Positions 40,039-49,132 of a DNA stretch of 56,003 nt are shown here, piece by piece. The position numbers and the translations under genes were made by a program. The stretch lies in contig PGZT01000001.1 of the NCBI GenBank assembly GCA_002841455.1, positions 81,919 through 137,921 of the forward strand, written 5' to 3'. Under the pieces are notes generated by a model, which worked only from the letters and a program-made list of their open reading frames with translations, did no database searches and was not told where the DNA came from. The number at the start of each line of letters is the position of its first letter. The stretch's first letter is position 1. Source of the stretch: Firmicutes bacterium HGW-Firmicutes-21. Its GTDB lineage: Bacteria > Bacillota > Clostridia > Oscillospirales > CAG-382.

Positions 40039-41015
40039 TGGAAAACAGGTACAGCATACAGGTAAAGGACCTGAAAAAGTATTATCCGACAGGAAAAACC
40101 TTCTTAGGTACACCGAACAGGTTTTTAAAAGCGGTTGACGGCGTTTCCCTTGATATAGAGAGGGGTACTACACTCGGGCTTGTCGGCGAATCGGGCTGCG
40201 GCAAGACAACCGTCGGACGCAGTATTCTCCGCCTGCATGAGAACACCTCGGGAAGAATTATCTTTAGCGGACAGGATATAACCGAATTATCCCGCGAGAG
40301 GCTGAGGAAGCTGCGACCTAAGATGCAGATTATTTTTCAAGACCCGTACTCCAGCCTCAGCCCCCGTATGCATGTCGGGGAGATAATAGGCGAGGCGGTC
40401 AGGACGCACCGCATTGTTCCGAAGAAGCAATACAAGGATTACATTTTGGGGGTAATGAAGAGCTGCGGATTACAGACGCATTATTTTGACAGGTATCCGC
40501 ATGAGTTCTCCGGAGGTCAGCGGCAACGAATCTGTATTGCCCGTGCGCTTGCGCTAAAGCCCGAATTTATCGTTTGCGATGAGCCCGTTTCCGCTCTCGA
40601 TGTTTCGATACAGGCGCAGATAATCAACCTTTTAAAGGATTTACAGGAGGAATACAACTTTTCGTACCTGTTTATTTCCCACGACCTGTCGGTGGTGGAG
40701 CATATCTCGCACCGTGTGGGCGTTATGTATCTCGGGAGCATTATTGAGCTGGGTACAAAGAAACAGATTTTCGGCAACCCGATGCATCCATACACAAGAG
40801 CGCTTTTAAGTGCGGTTCCTACTCCCGACCCTATGGTAAAAATGAACAGAATTGTCCTGAAGGGCGATATTCCGTCCCCGTCCGAGCCGCCAGACGGATG
40901 TAAATTCAATACAAGATGCCCCGAATGCATGGACATTTGCAGAGCTGTCGCACCCGTTTTTAGGGAATACGAGCGGGGACACAGTGTTGCCTGTCACCTG
41001 TATCCGCAGGATTAA
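40038..41015 (+). CDS. oppF: Peptide ABC transporter ATPase
   Basis: GESGCGKT, FQDPYSSL, FSGGQRQR, CDEPVSALD; TAATG overlap with oppD. Confidence 0.93.
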   Translation: MENRYSIQVKDLKKYYPTGKTFLGTPNRFLKAVDGVSLDIERGTTLGLVGESGCGKTTVGRSILRLHENTSGRIIFSGQDITELSRERLRKLRPKMQIIFQDPYSSLSPRMHVGEIIGEAVRTHRIVPKKQYKDYILGVMKSCGLQTHYFDRYPHEFSGGQRQRICIARALALKPEFIVCDEPVSALDVSIQAQIINLLKDLQEEYNFSYLFISHDLSVVEHISHRVGVMYLGSIIELGTKKQIFGNPMHPYTRALLSAVPTPDPMVKMNRIVLKGDIPSPSEPPDGCKFNTRCPECMDICRAVAPVFREYERGHSVACHLYPQD

Positions 41016-41024
41016 GGAGCGGTT

Positions 41025-41306
41025 ATGAGCAAAAAGAATACAAAAAACACAAAAAAAAGCACCTATATGGCGGAGGGAGCTGTTGACGACGGCAGAGCTG
41101 TCGCCGATATGAATGTCGAGGGCTTCCGTTGGTTTATTCCCGCACGGAATAAACGCCACCGCAAGGAGCTTGCGGAGCTGAACATTACCAAAGCGGAACG
41201 CCGTGCTATGATAAGGGGCGCTCTGCTCGCCGTGCTTCCCGTCGCCTTTGCGTTTATCGGTATGTTTGCCTCGATATTGCTGATTATACATTTTTGGCTG
41301 AGTTGA
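41025..41306 (+). CDS. Small hypothetical protein with a C-terminal TM helix, last gene of the opp operon
   Basis: AAGGAG RBS; DDGRAVADMNVEG motif; hydrophobic C-terminus. Confidence 0.75.
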   Translation: MSKKNTKNTKKSTYMAEGAVDDGRAVADMNVEGFRWFIPARNKRHRKELAELNITKAERRAMIRGALLAVLPVAFAFIGMFASILLIIHFWLS

Positions 41307-41325
41307 ATGATTTATTTAAAAATCA

Positions 41326-41353
41326 AGGACGGCGTTTTGCCGTCCTAATTTTA
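41326..41353. terminator. Intrinsic terminator between convergent genes
   Basis: AGGACGGC-GTTTT-GCCGTCCT with AT tails. Confidence 0.75.
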
Positions 41354-41357
41354 TAGG

Positions 41358-41843
41358 TTAACCTAACCTTTTCAACTTTTCCGCAAAGCTCTCAATTCTT
41401 TCGGGCAGAACACGGGGCAGAGGATTCCCCTTTTTTTCGGATGCGGCCAACATCTTCTTTAAGAAGAATTTAAACAGACCTTTTTGCTTGTTTATATCCA
41501 TTTCACCGCCAAAGCTCTCTGCGCAGACGGCAGCCGTAAGCACCTCCGCCGGTACATTTGCTTTTAGAAACTCGTCTGCTCTTTCGGCATCGGCACTGCA
41601 TACGAATAACGCAACCTTTTTGGTTTTCAACAGCTCGGTGTTGATCTTTATGTATTTTTTTGCCGGTTTGTCAAGCATACCCGCTCTTATTCCGCCGCCG
41701 ATAATAACCAGCTCATAGCCGCTCAAATCGGGGCTGCCGCTTCTCAGGTCAAAAACATCCGCACCGTTAAGCTGTGCGGCGAGTTCCCTTGCGCACCTTT
41801 CGGTAGTACCTGTTTTACTTGCATATGCGATAAGTGTTTTCAT
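41358..41843 (-). CDS. Flavodoxin-domain protein (HemG/Flavodoxin_5-like)
   Basis: IAYASKTGTT FMN loop, IIGGGI, VALFVC, FGG. Confidence 0.85.
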   Translation of the reverse strand: MKTLIAYASKTGTTERCARELAAQLNGADVFDLRSGSPDLSGYELVIIGGGIRAGMLDKPAKKYIKINTELLKTKKVALFVCSADAERADEFLKANVPAEVLTAAVCAESFGGEMDINKQKGLFKFFLKKMLAASEKKGNPLPRVLPERIESFAEKLKRLG

Positions 41844-41921
41844 ATTCCACATCCTTTTTATGGTTTTAAGTGGATTCTATCACATAAAAAGGTGATATTC
41901 AATACAATTTAACAAAAAATG

Positions 41922-42416
41922 CTATCGTATAACCCCACAGGCTATTTTTGCACCCGCAGCACCCGAGGGCTGTGTGGTAAAATCGTCCACATCACGGTGG
42001 ATAATAACGGTACGCCCCAAAATCTCGTCAACCGTAAATCGGTCTGTAAGCACCGCACTCCACGCATAACCGTCGTTATCGAACAACGGCGGCAGATCCC
42101 CCGCATGATGAGGATGCTCGCAATCCTGCGGATTATAATGCCCCGCCGCATCCGCAAACGCGTCCTCCTCGTTGCCTGTGCAGCTCCTTCCCTCGTGGAT
42201 ATGAAAGGCGAACACGCCGCCCTCACAAGGGCCTCGACTGTGTGGGAGCCCGTACACCTCCGCAACAACAAGAACACCCTGATTTGTGGGGTAAAAGTTT
42301 ACGGTTCCGCTTATCTCTGGGTAATCGGGCGCACCCTTTACCACCGCCTTTGCCGCCGGACGGGATTTTTCCATCATACGCGCATAACGCCATGTGTTTC
42401 CAAAATTAATACTCAT
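41922..42416 (-). CDS. sodC: Cu/Zn superoxide dismutase family protein, no signal peptide
   Basis: FHIH, GHYNP, HPHHAGDL, VIIH..DD and IACGVI supply a full set of metal ligands. Confidence 0.85.
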   Translation of the reverse strand: MSINFGNTWRYARMMEKSRPAAKAVVKGAPDYPEISGTVNFYPTNQGVLVVAEVYGLPHSRGPCEGGVFAFHIHEGRSCTGNEEDAFADAAGHYNPQDCEHPHHAGDLPPLFDNDGYAWSAVLTDRFTVDEILGRTVIIHRDVDDFTTQPSGAAGAKIACGVIR

Positions 42417-42462
42417 ATGTAAACCTCCGATTATAATTTATAATGGTATGTATACCTTTTCA

Positions 42463-42492
42463 AGTATATGCCGCTTGTATCGGAGGTTATGA
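42463..42492 (-). promoter_or_regulatory. sigma-E-like sporulation promoter of sodC
   Basis: Minus strand TCATAAC-N15-CATATACT. Confidence 0.45.
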
Positions 42493-42650
42493 ATTGACAG
42501 GTGATAATTATTCCTCTGTCCTGATTATGCATATTTACTTTATATTACAAGGAAAAAAACTGGTACTAAACAAGCACATTCGTTTATCTTTTAAGTAGAT
42601 GCAATAAGGAAGGTAAAAGTATATATTTTCGATAAGTTAAATAAATATTA

Positions 42651-42679
42651 TTGCAATTTATAATTCTGTATGGTATAAA
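42651..42679 (+). promoter_or_regulatory. sigma-A promoter
   Basis: TTGCAA-N17-TATAAA with an extended TG. Confidence 0.55.
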
Positions 42680-42716
42680 CACTTAGTGTAGATTACTTAT
42701 TTTGGAGGGGAAAGCA

Positions 42717-45700
42717 TTGAAAAAGGTTGCATTTTTAATAGCTGTCGTTATGCTGTTTACACTTTTTACCACCTCGTGCTACAAAACGGAGGAGGATTCC
42801 AGCGAGGATGAGTCGATTGACGACACATCAACACCGGTTACACAAATCGAGGAGATTACACCTGAATTTTCTACTGTAATCAGCATTGGAAAAGCATATA
42901 CAGTAAACGCAGAGCCGGGTGAAGCTTACCCTGATACATACGGAAAAGAGCTCACCGACGGAATATTTACGGCGGACGGTGCCGGCTATACCGATTCGAA
43001 ATTAAGCGGATGGACTGCCGACCCGCTTATTGTTACGATAGATTTGGGCGAAACATTTGATAAAATATACGCATTTGAGGCAAGCTATCTCTCAACGAGG
43101 TTGGCAGGAATTGCGCCCCCCTCAAGCGTTACAATTAAATATTCGGAGGACAACAAGAATTGGAGCTCCCTAAACACCGCCAAAATGCCCGAATTTGAGG
43201 AGGGCGTTATGAAGGTCGCCCGTGCGGAGCTGAAGAAGTATGCAAAGGCACGCTATATAATGTTCACATTAAGAAAAGGCTCGGCATGGCTGTTCTTGGA
43301 CGAGCTCTCGGTTATTGCCGATATAGACGGCGGATATAAAAACATACAGTTTATTCAAACACTTACCGAAAGGTACGGTGAGGATGATATGTCTCATGAC
43401 GAGAGAATCCGTTTACTGAACTCCGTTTCCACCGTGCCGATTGACAGAACCTTATATAAGACATCCGTTTCAAAAGGAAAAAATTATACCGTTTCCAGAG
43501 ATGCAGACACAAACTGGTTTACTGATGATAATACGAAGCTTACGGACGGTAAGCCTATCGAGGCTCATTACGAGAGCGGAGACTGGGTCGGATTTAAGGG
43601 CGGACAGCCTTTGGATATTGTTGTCGACCTGGGTGTAAAGATAAACGATGCGGCGGACTTTGAGATAAGCTTTTTCAACAATTTCGAAGCGGGAATCTCT
43701 CTGCCCGACTTTATTACCTTCAGTGTTTCCGAGGACAATAAGAACTTTGTGGAGATAGGTCGCATTTACGGACCGAGCGACAGAGCCTGCACCACCTTCA
43801 ATTATGCGCTCAAGCTGCAATATGCGGTCTCGGCGAGGTATGTTAAGTTTTCCGCTCCCTCCTCGGAATTTGAGTGGTATTTGACGGAGGAAGCCGCTGT
43901 TTACAGATACGGAACAGAGGAGGAGGCAAAGGACAGTCTTTACCCTGATATAATACTTCCCGTTATTACAAAAGAGGAATTCTGGAGCTCATCCGAATCC
44001 GATTACAGCAAGAAGATTAACCTGATAAAGGGACTATATCCTCAGATTATGTCAGCTGTGCCGCTTGATTCCTCCGAAAAGGAATACAATTCAGCAATCA
44101 CAAAGAATATGCTGACAGACGGGTTATATTCGCCGAACACGGATATTCATAACGGCTCCTTCTTCAAATTCCATTTCGGAGCGCATAGAGATGTTGTTTT
44201 TGACCTTACAAAAACGAGTACGGTAACCGGATTTACCGCAAGCTTTGTCCGCCGTAACGAATGGGCGGTAACATTGCCCCCCAGGATACTTTATTATCTC
44301 TCCGACGACGGTATTGACTGGTATATGGTAGGCTCCTCGAGCTTTCCGGAATCCGATAAAATCGAAACTGTAAAGGTAACCTTTAACCTGACAACAACCT
44401 GTAAGGCTCGATTTGTCCGCTTTTCCTTTGATGTAGGCGGATGGGCAGGATGCGACGAGCTGGAGGTCTTCGGTACAAAAAAGGTTGATTCCGGGACAAA
44501 GGCGTTATCTTCACTGGGAATAAAAGCGACAAAGTTTTTGGCAGGCGAATACCTTAAGCCAGGTCCGGATGTGCTCGGCGGCGCCAAAGACATATTGCTC
44601 TCATACCATTGCAGCTATGGAAGCGGAGAAAAGGCGGGGCTTGTTTCTGTTGAGCAATATATGCCTTATGTTGCGTATATCGACAGAGACGGAAACATGA
44701 TAGATGTAATGTTTGACGGTTACCTTTATCTTCCCTCCGGTGGGATGCCCTCGGGCGGGCAGTCTCACAAGAATTCAATTAAATCGGACTGGGAATATGT
44801 TCTGGGCAATATGTTCACCAAGGACTATAATATAGACGCACTTAATCAAGCGGCTCAGATTGTAAAGGATACGCTTAAGCTTGATTCGGACTACAAATAC
44901 AAGGTTTATGTAGCTCTGCTTTACCCCTCGGAGAATGTTCAGTTCGGGGATATCGACGGCGACGGTGTTAGCGACAAGCTTACCGATGTCAAAAAAAGAG
45001 TTCAAGCGATAGAATGGTATATAGACGCTTTCTTTGACAGGTTCGAGTCCGGTAACTATACAAACCTTGAGTTCGCAGGCTTCTATTGGCACCATGAAGC
45101 AATGGAGCGCCATGCAGACGAGATGGAGCTGCTTAACAGCGTATCTAAGCTGGTTCATTCGGTGGGCTATCAATTCTTTTGGATACCTTATTACACCGCC
45201 ACCGGATACAATAAATACAAGGAGTATGGTTTTGATTTTGCCTGTATGCAGCCGAATTACGCATTTAAGGAGTCTACCCCCTACTCGTATCTGACAAATT
45301 GCGCCACATTGGCAAAGCTCTACAATATGTGTGTTGAGATGGAGCTGGAAGCAATGGCGCTGTATAACGATACATTTTATAAGCGCTGGATGGACTACCT
45401 CAAGGGCGGTGTTTACTACGGATATATGGATGCTCTTCATATGTATTATCAGGGTGGAATGCCGGGAGCCTTTTACAGGGCTGCAATATCCGAGGACCCA
45501 AAAGCAAGGCTGATTTACGAATATACCTATGATTTTATCAAGGGTACGCTAAAATTAAAGCCCGATACCGTCGGCGACCTCTCTTTTAACGGAAGCAAGG
45601 ACACAATTCTATCGGACACCCTTATTTCTTCCAAGGATAAAATAAAAAAGTTTATAATATTCGAGTCGCCTAAAAACGGAACGGTTACGATAAACGAAGA

Positions 45701-45821
45701 CGGCAGCTTTATGTATTACCCCAACAAAGGCTTTACGGGGACAGACAGCTTTTCATATGCATATTCGGAGCAGCTCGATTATTCTGATCCTTGTCGTGTA
45801 AATATAAATATAGGCAACTGA
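42717..45821 (+). CDS. Large lipoprotein: three discoidin/CBM32-like domains, DUF4855 (GH-like) and a C-terminal Ig-like (Big_9-type) domain
   Basis: Lipobox FTTSC; three 'LTDG...IDLG/FDL...ARYV.F...E..V' repeats; GFYWHHE, FFWIPYY, GFDFACMQPNY, VEME; GTVTINEDGSFMYYPNKGFTGTDSFSY. GGAGG RBS before TTG 42717. Confidence 0.8.
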   Translation: MKKVAFLIAVVMLFTLFTTSCYKTEEDSSEDESIDDTSTPVTQIEEITPEFSTVISIGKAYTVNAEPGEAYPDTYGKELTDGIFTADGAGYTDSKLSGWTADPLIVTIDLGETFDKIYAFEASYLSTRLAGIAPPSSVTIKYSEDNKNWSSLNTAKMPEFEEGVMKVARAELKKYAKARYIMFTLRKGSAWLFLDELSVIADIDGGYKNIQFIQTLTERYGEDDMSHDERIRLLNSVSTVPIDRTLYKTSVSKGKNYTVSRDADTNWFTDDNTKLTDGKPIEAHYESGDWVGFKGGQPLDIVVDLGVKINDAADFEISFFNNFEAGISLPDFITFSVSEDNKNFVEIGRIYGPSDRACTTFNYALKLQYAVSARYVKFSAPSSEFEWYLTEEAAVYRYGTEEEAKDSLYPDIILPVITKEEFWSSSESDYSKKINLIKGLYPQIMSAVPLDSSEKEYNSAITKNMLTDGLYSPNTDIHNGSFFKFHFGAHRDVVFDLTKTSTVTGFTASFVRRNEWAVTLPPRILYYLSDDGIDWYMVGSSSFPESDKIETVKVTFNLTTTCKARFVRFSFDVGGWAGCDELEVFGTKKVDSGTKALSSLGIKATKFLAGEYLKPGPDVLGGAKDILLSYHCSYGSGEKAGLVSVEQYMPYVAYIDRDGNMIDVMFDGYLYLPSGGMPSGGQSHKNSIKSDWEYVLGNMFTKDYNIDALNQAAQIVKDTLKLDSDYKYKVYVALLYPSENVQFGDIDGDGVSDKLTDVKKRVQAIEWYIDAFFDRFESGNYTNLEFAGFYWHHEAMERHADEMELLNSVSKLVHSVGYQFFWIPYYTATGYNKYKEYGFDFACMQPNYAFKESTPYSYLTNCATLAKLYNMCVEMELEAMALYNDTFYKRWMDYLKGGVYYGYMDALHMYYQGGMPGAFYRAAISEDPKARLIYEYTYDFIKGTLKLKPDTVGDLSFNGSKDTILSDTLISSKDKIKKFIIFESPKNGTVTINEDGSFMYYPNKGFTGTDSFSYAYSEQLDYSDPCRVNINIGN

Positions 45822-45879
45822 TAAAAAGGCTATTTCCTCACTACAATTTTCATAGAGCTACATAAAATAAGCAAGTTAA

Positions 45880-45911
45880 AAAAAAGTAAGAGTTTTGCTC
45901 TTGCTTTTTTT
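45880..45911. terminator. Intrinsic terminator
   Basis: AAAAAAGTAAGAG-TTTTG-CTCTTGCTTTTTT. Confidence 0.75.
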
Positions 45912-46005
45912 ACTTTTTTATCATAAAATAAGGGGACGAAAAATATTTTTTGCAAATGAAACAAAACGGCGAAAAAAAACCATTATTATAGTAGGAGGCA
46001 GTATG

Positions 46006-46539
46006 ATGAGCCGGACTGACCCCAACCGGTATATTGAAAAAGTCTACGAGGAGACCAGCTCATACCTTATAAAATACATAACCGTTAAGTGCCGCTGTAC
46101 AGAGGATATACAGGATATATTGCAAAACACCTATCTCGGATTTATCGATACTATACAAAAACACGGTTATGCGGGTATTTTTAATCCCAAGCATTATCTT
46201 TTAAGAATCGCAAAAAGAGAGATAGCAAAGTATTACGGGGAAAAAGCAGAGCATGACAAGGTCGTTGTCGCTTCAACGAGCGACGAGGATTATATAGAAA
46301 AGGATTTGGAACACTTTTTGGAGCAGGATTTTTGCAACGAAAATGGCTTTTCGGTAGAGATTTGGGATAGCATAGAGAGCCTAGGAGTGCTTACCGCAAA
46401 AATATTCACCCTGCGATTTGTTTATGACCAAACAATAGAGAAAATCGCAAAACAGCTTGAAATCACACCCTCGCAGGTTAAGAACCTCCTTTACAGAGGG
46501 ATTAAGCTATTGAGAGAGGAAATGCTTAATGAAGAATAA
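46006..46539 (+). CDS. ECF-type RNA polymerase sigma factor
   Basis: Region 2 (EDIQDILQNTYL, HYLLRIAKR) and region 4 (IFTLRF...TIEKIAKQL.IT...VKNLLYRG); AGGAGG RBS. Confidence 0.9.
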   Translation: MSRTDPNRYIEKVYEETSSYLIKYITVKCRCTEDIQDILQNTYLGFIDTIQKHGYAGIFNPKHYLLRIAKREIAKYYGEKAEHDKVVVASTSDEDYIEKDLEHFLEQDFCNENGFSVEIWDSIESLGVLTAKIFTLRFVYDQTIEKIAKQLEITPSQVKNLLYRGIKLLREEMLNEE

Positions 46540-47422
46540 GGATTGCATTAAAAAAAGCATACAAGAGAATATAGTTGACCACACTGCGGTGCTTAATAAC
46601 CTAAAAGCGAGAGCATCATCTGCTGGGAGCGGTAAAGCGGCGGGGAATCGGGCTGCTTACTTTGGTTATAAGAGAGCCGTGATCGCAGTGATGCTAATGG
46701 CGATTATCGGAGCAGGCGCAGTAGGAGCGGCTCATCTTTTTGATTCGGGCAACGGCATTTTTCCACCTCAGGATATTTCCGGTTACCCAAATGACAATAC
46801 CGGTTCCGCAGGAAACAATTCCTCCTCTTATGACCAGTATAATAGCATAACAAGTCCCGATGAATACTCTCAAACCGATAACTCATGTGAGAGCGAGAGC
46901 AGAGAGCCGCACAGCGGCGATGAAAGCGGAGGTATAATCACAAGCGACCCGCTTGACCCGATCACCGCAGAATTCTTTGCCGACTTTGCGGGAAAATATA
47001 TTACCTACCGCCAATTGATAGGCACACTCCTGGAGTACCAATATAATTATAATCTAAACTATAACAGCTTAAGCCCGTATTGCTTGGTAACCAATGAAAG
47101 ATTCAGATCCTTGAGTGAGATAGAGAGCTTTCTGTATGATATGATGGTACCTGTGCTTGCGGCGGACATTTATGCCTCTCTTGCGCTTGTCGACAACCCT
47201 AAATATATCGAGAGAAACGGCGAGCTTTATATGGATACCACCTCAGCGGGAAGCAGAGCACCGAGCGTAAACACCGCCTCCGCTTATTTTGTATCAAACA
47301 AAACAGACAAAATGGCTATAGCGGTAATGCTAAGCTGCTGCGAAGAGGGTCAGGATTATTATACAACCTTCCATTTTACAAGGGTTAACGGCAGATGGCT
47401 ATTGGACACCAAGCCCGGGTAA
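46529..47422 (+). CDS. Putative membrane anti-sigma factor with an extracytoplasmic IseA-like domain
   Basis: Overlaps the sigma gene stop. Short cytoplasmic N-terminus, one TM helix, S/D-rich linker, then a domain with F.SL.EI..FL, YIERNGELY, FTRVNGRWLLD. Confidence 0.65.
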   Translation: MKNKDCIKKSIQENIVDHTAVLNNLKARASSAGSGKAAGNRAAYFGYKRAVIAVMLMAIIGAGAVGAAHLFDSGNGIFPPQDISGYPNDNTGSAGNNSSSYDQYNSITSPDEYSQTDNSCESESREPHSGDESGGIITSDPLDPITAEFFADFAGKYITYRQLIGTLLEYQYNYNLNYNSLSPYCLVTNERFRSLSEIESFLYDMMVPVLAADIYASLALVDNPKYIERNGELYMDTTSAGSRAPSVNTASAYFVSNKTDKMAIAVMLSCCEEGQDYYTTFHFTRVNGRWLLDTKPG

Positions 47423-47489
47423 AAATGGTTTTGGGTATTTCGAGCTATTAAAGTTAAGTATAACAAAGTAATTTTAGCATTATTTAATA

Positions 47490-47517
47490 TTGATTTATCC
47501 GCAATTTAATATATAAT
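47490..47517 (+). promoter_or_regulatory. sigma-A promoter ~210 nt upstream of the MFS gene
   Basis: TTGATT-N16-TATAAT. Confidence 0.55.
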
Positions 47518-47737
47518 GGGGCTGTAGCTGATAAACTACCGCCTCATATTTGTTTACGGATGGAATAGGTTGATAGTATACTCAACCGTGAGATGTTTAC
47601 TAAATAAACTTTATAAACCAAAATGCAGTTGATGAATGCATTTTGCATGGTGTACACATACACCGCAGCCATTTGTACGGCGACAAACGGCAGTATATTT
47701 ATTTCAATTTTGTATCACCGGAGAAATGGGACTTGAA

Positions 47738-49072
47738 ATGACGGATCTTAGGACGGCGTGGAATAATTCGGCCTTAAAAAGGCTCTTCAATTTAAGATCG
47801 GACGAGGCTAAGGGGCGGAGCTGTATGCTTGCCTCTGCTGTGCTGTCGGGTATTGTTGTAAACATTACCGGCGGTATTTTTTATACCGGTTATCTTGTGG
47901 AATACGGAATAACAATAATAAATATAGGTATTTTAACCTTCATTCCCTTTATCGCCACCGTGTTCAGTCTGCTCTCCCCGATGATATTGGAACGCATACC
48001 AAAAAGAAGAAATATTCTTGCGATAAGCAGAGCTCTGTCCTATACAATCAGAATTTTGGGTATGATTTTACTCCCTCTGCTCGTGCGGAGCGAGAGCGGA
48101 CGGAATATCGGCTTTGCGATTATCGTTTTTTCGGCAAGCGCAATAAGCTCGTTATTCTCTACGGGATATTCTGTCTGGCATATCAATTTCCTGCCGGAGA
48201 GCATGAGAGCGGATTATTTTAACATTTCCAGCGCCATAGCCAACTTTATTGTGGGTGTTGTAACCCTTGTCGGAGCGTTTGCCACCGATGCTCTTGCCGG
48301 AAGCGATAACAGGATTCAGATAATAACAATGCTATATATAATCGGCTTTGTGTTTGCGCTTATAGATGTACTTGTTCTGAGCCTGCCTAAGGAGTTTGAG
48401 TACGAGCATACATGCAACGGAAAACCTCGTTTATCGGATACACTGCGGCTTGCATTCGGGCAGAAAAAGTTTATGCTTACCATGTGCATTATGTTCGGCT
48501 ATACTTTTGCCTCCAACCTGATAGCTTCGGTCATAAATGTGTATCTGCTTGAAGATATCGGTGTTTCCTATTCGTTTATAACCGCTTTAAACTCGTCTTA
48601 TTTTCTGTTTTTTATCCTGTTCGGAGCGCTTGCAAAAAGGCTGATTATGCGATTTGCCTGGTTCAAGACCTTTGCGTATGCGGTGCTGCTGCTCTTGCCC
48701 TCGTATATTTTGTATTCCTTTATAGACAGTACAAATTACCACTGGCTGATGCCGATTGTACGCCTGTCGCAGCACTTTTTGAGTGTTATGATAGCCATAA
48801 CATATTCAAACTTTCCATACATTAATCTGCCCGCGGGCGATCGTACAAACTATATGTCGTTTTATGTTGTGTTTGTAAACCTAGCCGCATTACTGGCTAT
48901 GCTTTTGGGAACGGGCTTTGTTGCCCGTCTCGGAGAACGCAGTTTATCCCTATTGGGCAAACAGCTTGGCAGCATACAGATTCTTATGATAGTAACAGGG
49001 TTACTGCTCGGGCTGCTTGCCGTTGCGGTATTGCGGCTTATACCTCGTATTACGCCCGATAGGAATGATTAA
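47738..49072 (+). CDS. MFS transporter
   Basis: About 12 hydrophobic segments in two halves. Motifs 'WH..FLPE..RADYF' and 'NLP..DRTNY' are typical of clostridial MFS proteins. The start is uncertain (47726 or 47738). Confidence 0.85.
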   Translation: MTDLRTAWNNSALKRLFNLRSDEAKGRSCMLASAVLSGIVVNITGGIFYTGYLVEYGITIINIGILTFIPFIATVFSLLSPMILERIPKRRNILAISRALSYTIRILGMILLPLLVRSESGRNIGFAIIVFSASAISSLFSTGYSVWHINFLPESMRADYFNISSAIANFIVGVVTLVGAFATDALAGSDNRIQIITMLYIIGFVFALIDVLVLSLPKEFEYEHTCNGKPRLSDTLRLAFGQKKFMLTMCIMFGYTFASNLIASVINVYLLEDIGVSYSFITALNSSYFLFFILFGALAKRLIMRFAWFKTFAYAVLLLLPSYILYSFIDSTNYHWLMPIVRLSQHFLSVMIAITYSNFPYINLPAGDRTNYMSFYVVFVNLAALLAMLLGTGFVARLGERSLSLLGKQLGSIQILMIVTGLLLGLLAVAVLRLIPRITPDRND

Positions 49073-49088
49073 CACAATAAAACGCAAA

Positions 49089-49118
49089 ACAGGATGCACC
49101 GGTGACGGTGCATCCTGT
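49089..49118. terminator. Terminator between convergent genes
   Basis: ACAGGATGCACCG-GTGA-CGGTGCATCCTGT. Confidence 0.85.
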
Positions 49119-49132
49119 AAAATTGTATGGTT

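Noticed and set aside
41919-42422. 167 aa + strand ORF exactly opposite sodC
   Set aside because: The minus-strand product has a complete Cu/Zn SOD motif set and an RBS; the + ORF has no recognisable motifs.
47588-47640. Fluoride riboswitch-like words (GAGATG, TAAAC, GTTGATGA)
   Set aside because: The required P1 and pseudoknot complementarities are absent.
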